Of a stretch of DNA of 64,000 bases, positions 63,320-64,000 are shown one piece after another. This DNA is from Anaerolineales bacterium (GTDB taxonomy: Bacteria > Chloroflexota > Anaerolineae > Anaerolineales > Villigracilaceae): positions 12,611 through 76,610 of the forward strand of contig DAOTXM010000492.1 in assembly GCA_034435215.1 (NCBI GenBank), given 5' to 3'. The translations under genes and the position numbers were made by a program. How positions within the stretch are numbered: position 1 is the stretch's first letter; every line of letters starts with the position of its first letter. The notes below the pieces were generated by a model that had not been told where the DNA came from, made no database searches, and was given only the letters and a program-made list of their open reading frames with translations.

Positions 63320-63727
63320 CTATTGTTTGACCGCGATTGTCACGGTAAATGTCTCTATGGGTGGAACACTTTCCCAGGGTCGCATGTATCCCAGATTCAG
63401 CTTGGTCTCACCTTTGCCAATAGCCTTGAAGCGGAAGGTCTCTGTGCCGCCCGCGCCGACCAGACCTTCCGAGCCCGGCGATTGCTGATATTCAGGCTCG
63501 CCATCCTGGACGAGAACAGTCGCATCGACTTCCATCACCTGCCAGCTATAGCCTGTTGTTGGGTTCGAGACGAGCGTCAGGGTCACAATGTCACCGGGCT
63601 GCACGGTGATCTGCTTGCCGTTATCCGCATCCGAGAGGCTGGTCCCATTTGCGCCACAGCCGGAAAACAGAGCGAGCATCAGAAAAAAAGACATCACAAC
63701 AACAGTGCGCATCAGTTTGTCGGCCAT
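63320..63727 (-). CDS. Chagasin-family (I42) cysteine-peptidase inhibitor lipoprotein
   Basis: Lipobox LFSGC after the signal peptide. Signature SNPTTGYSW, GAGGTETFRFKA. Confidence 0.88.
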   Translation of the reverse strand: MADKLMRTVVVMSFFLMLALFSGCGANGTSLSDADNGKQITVQPGDIVTLTLVSNPTTGYSWQVMEVDATVLVQDGEPEYQQSPGSEGLVGAGGTETFRFKAIGKGETKLNLGYMRPWESVPPIETFTVTIAVKQ

Positions 63728-63836
63728 TTCTCTCTCCTTTCCGAAAACACATTCTCCTAAAATGAATGACGTTCACCATCTGAAAAAGGTTCCTTTGCCC
63801 ATTGACAAAGCCGCCTGCCTCCGCTAATCTTGGAGC

Positions 63837-64000
63837 ATGGCAAAGCCAGATGCTGCGCAACGAAAAATAGTCCATGCCTCATTGGATGCAAAGATTTTTC
63901 TCTCCGGGCCGGCTGGATGCGGCAAGACCACCGTCGGCGTGGAACGGATGAAGCACCTGCTCGAGCAGGGCGTCCGTGCGGACTCGCTCCTGGTGCTGAC
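63837..64000 (+). CDS. UvrD/PcrA-like helicase, N-terminal fragment (runs off the window)
   Basis: ATG 63837 follows GGAG: MAKPDAAQRKIVHASLDAKIFLSGPAGCGKTTVGVERM (Walker A). A TTGACA-17-TAATCT promoter-like sequence lies at 63802..63830. Confidence 0.6.
   Translation, partial: MAKPDAAQRKIVHASLDAKIFLSGPAGCGKTTVGVERMKHLLEQGVRADSLLVL

Overview
This is a 64-kb chromosomal segment of roughly 50-60% GC, probably from a Chloroflexota (Anaerolineae-like) anaerobe or microaerophile. That assignment is a weak inference from gene content, a Gram-positive-type SOS box and the dispersed palindromic repeats. Gene order: (1) a nine-gene V/A-type ATPase operon (344-8899); (2) an IS481-like insertion sequence with inverted repeats and a 5-bp target duplication (9217-10636); (3) a minus-strand redox cluster (10669-23366) with tandem HdrA, MvhD, a 1523-aa HdrL-like HdrA/GltD fusion, a second MvhD carrying an in-frame TGA (probable selenocysteine), MetV, MetF and an HdrC/B fusion; (4) lgt, an Rrf2 regulator, two tandem cydAB copies and a fused cydDC exporter (23820-34127); (5) housekeeping genes (acyl-CoA ligase, ftsH, xth, response regulators, DUF192, a LysM/M23 peptidase, and a GH25-SH3b-phosphodiester-glycosidase protein); (6) the most unusual locus (45079-49320); (7) ppdK, a response regulator, a hydrolase, a DEDD exonuclease, a CCA-adding enzyme, hpt, tdk, and ribosomal proteins L31 (fused to an RNAP alpha-CTD-like domain), L27 and L21 (with a Lys-rich tail), then sppA, a prokaryotic pentameric ligand-gated ion channel, a chagasin-like lipoprotein and a partial UvrD-like helicase. 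The unusual locus starts with a consensus promoter carrying a GAAC-N4-GTTC LexA-type box in front of a LuxR-type regulator. It continues with a tightly coupled string: a RecA-fold protein with no P-loop (ImuA/SulA-like), an 88-aa protein, a family-B DNA polymerase with eroded exonuclease motifs and an atypical motif C, and a TIR-like (COG4271-type) protein. I read this as a candidate damage-inducible PolB-based translesion or conflict module that I do not recognise as described. Several short palindromic repeat families are scattered through the window, and some lie in frame inside coding regions. No rRNA, tRNA or CRISPR array was seen.
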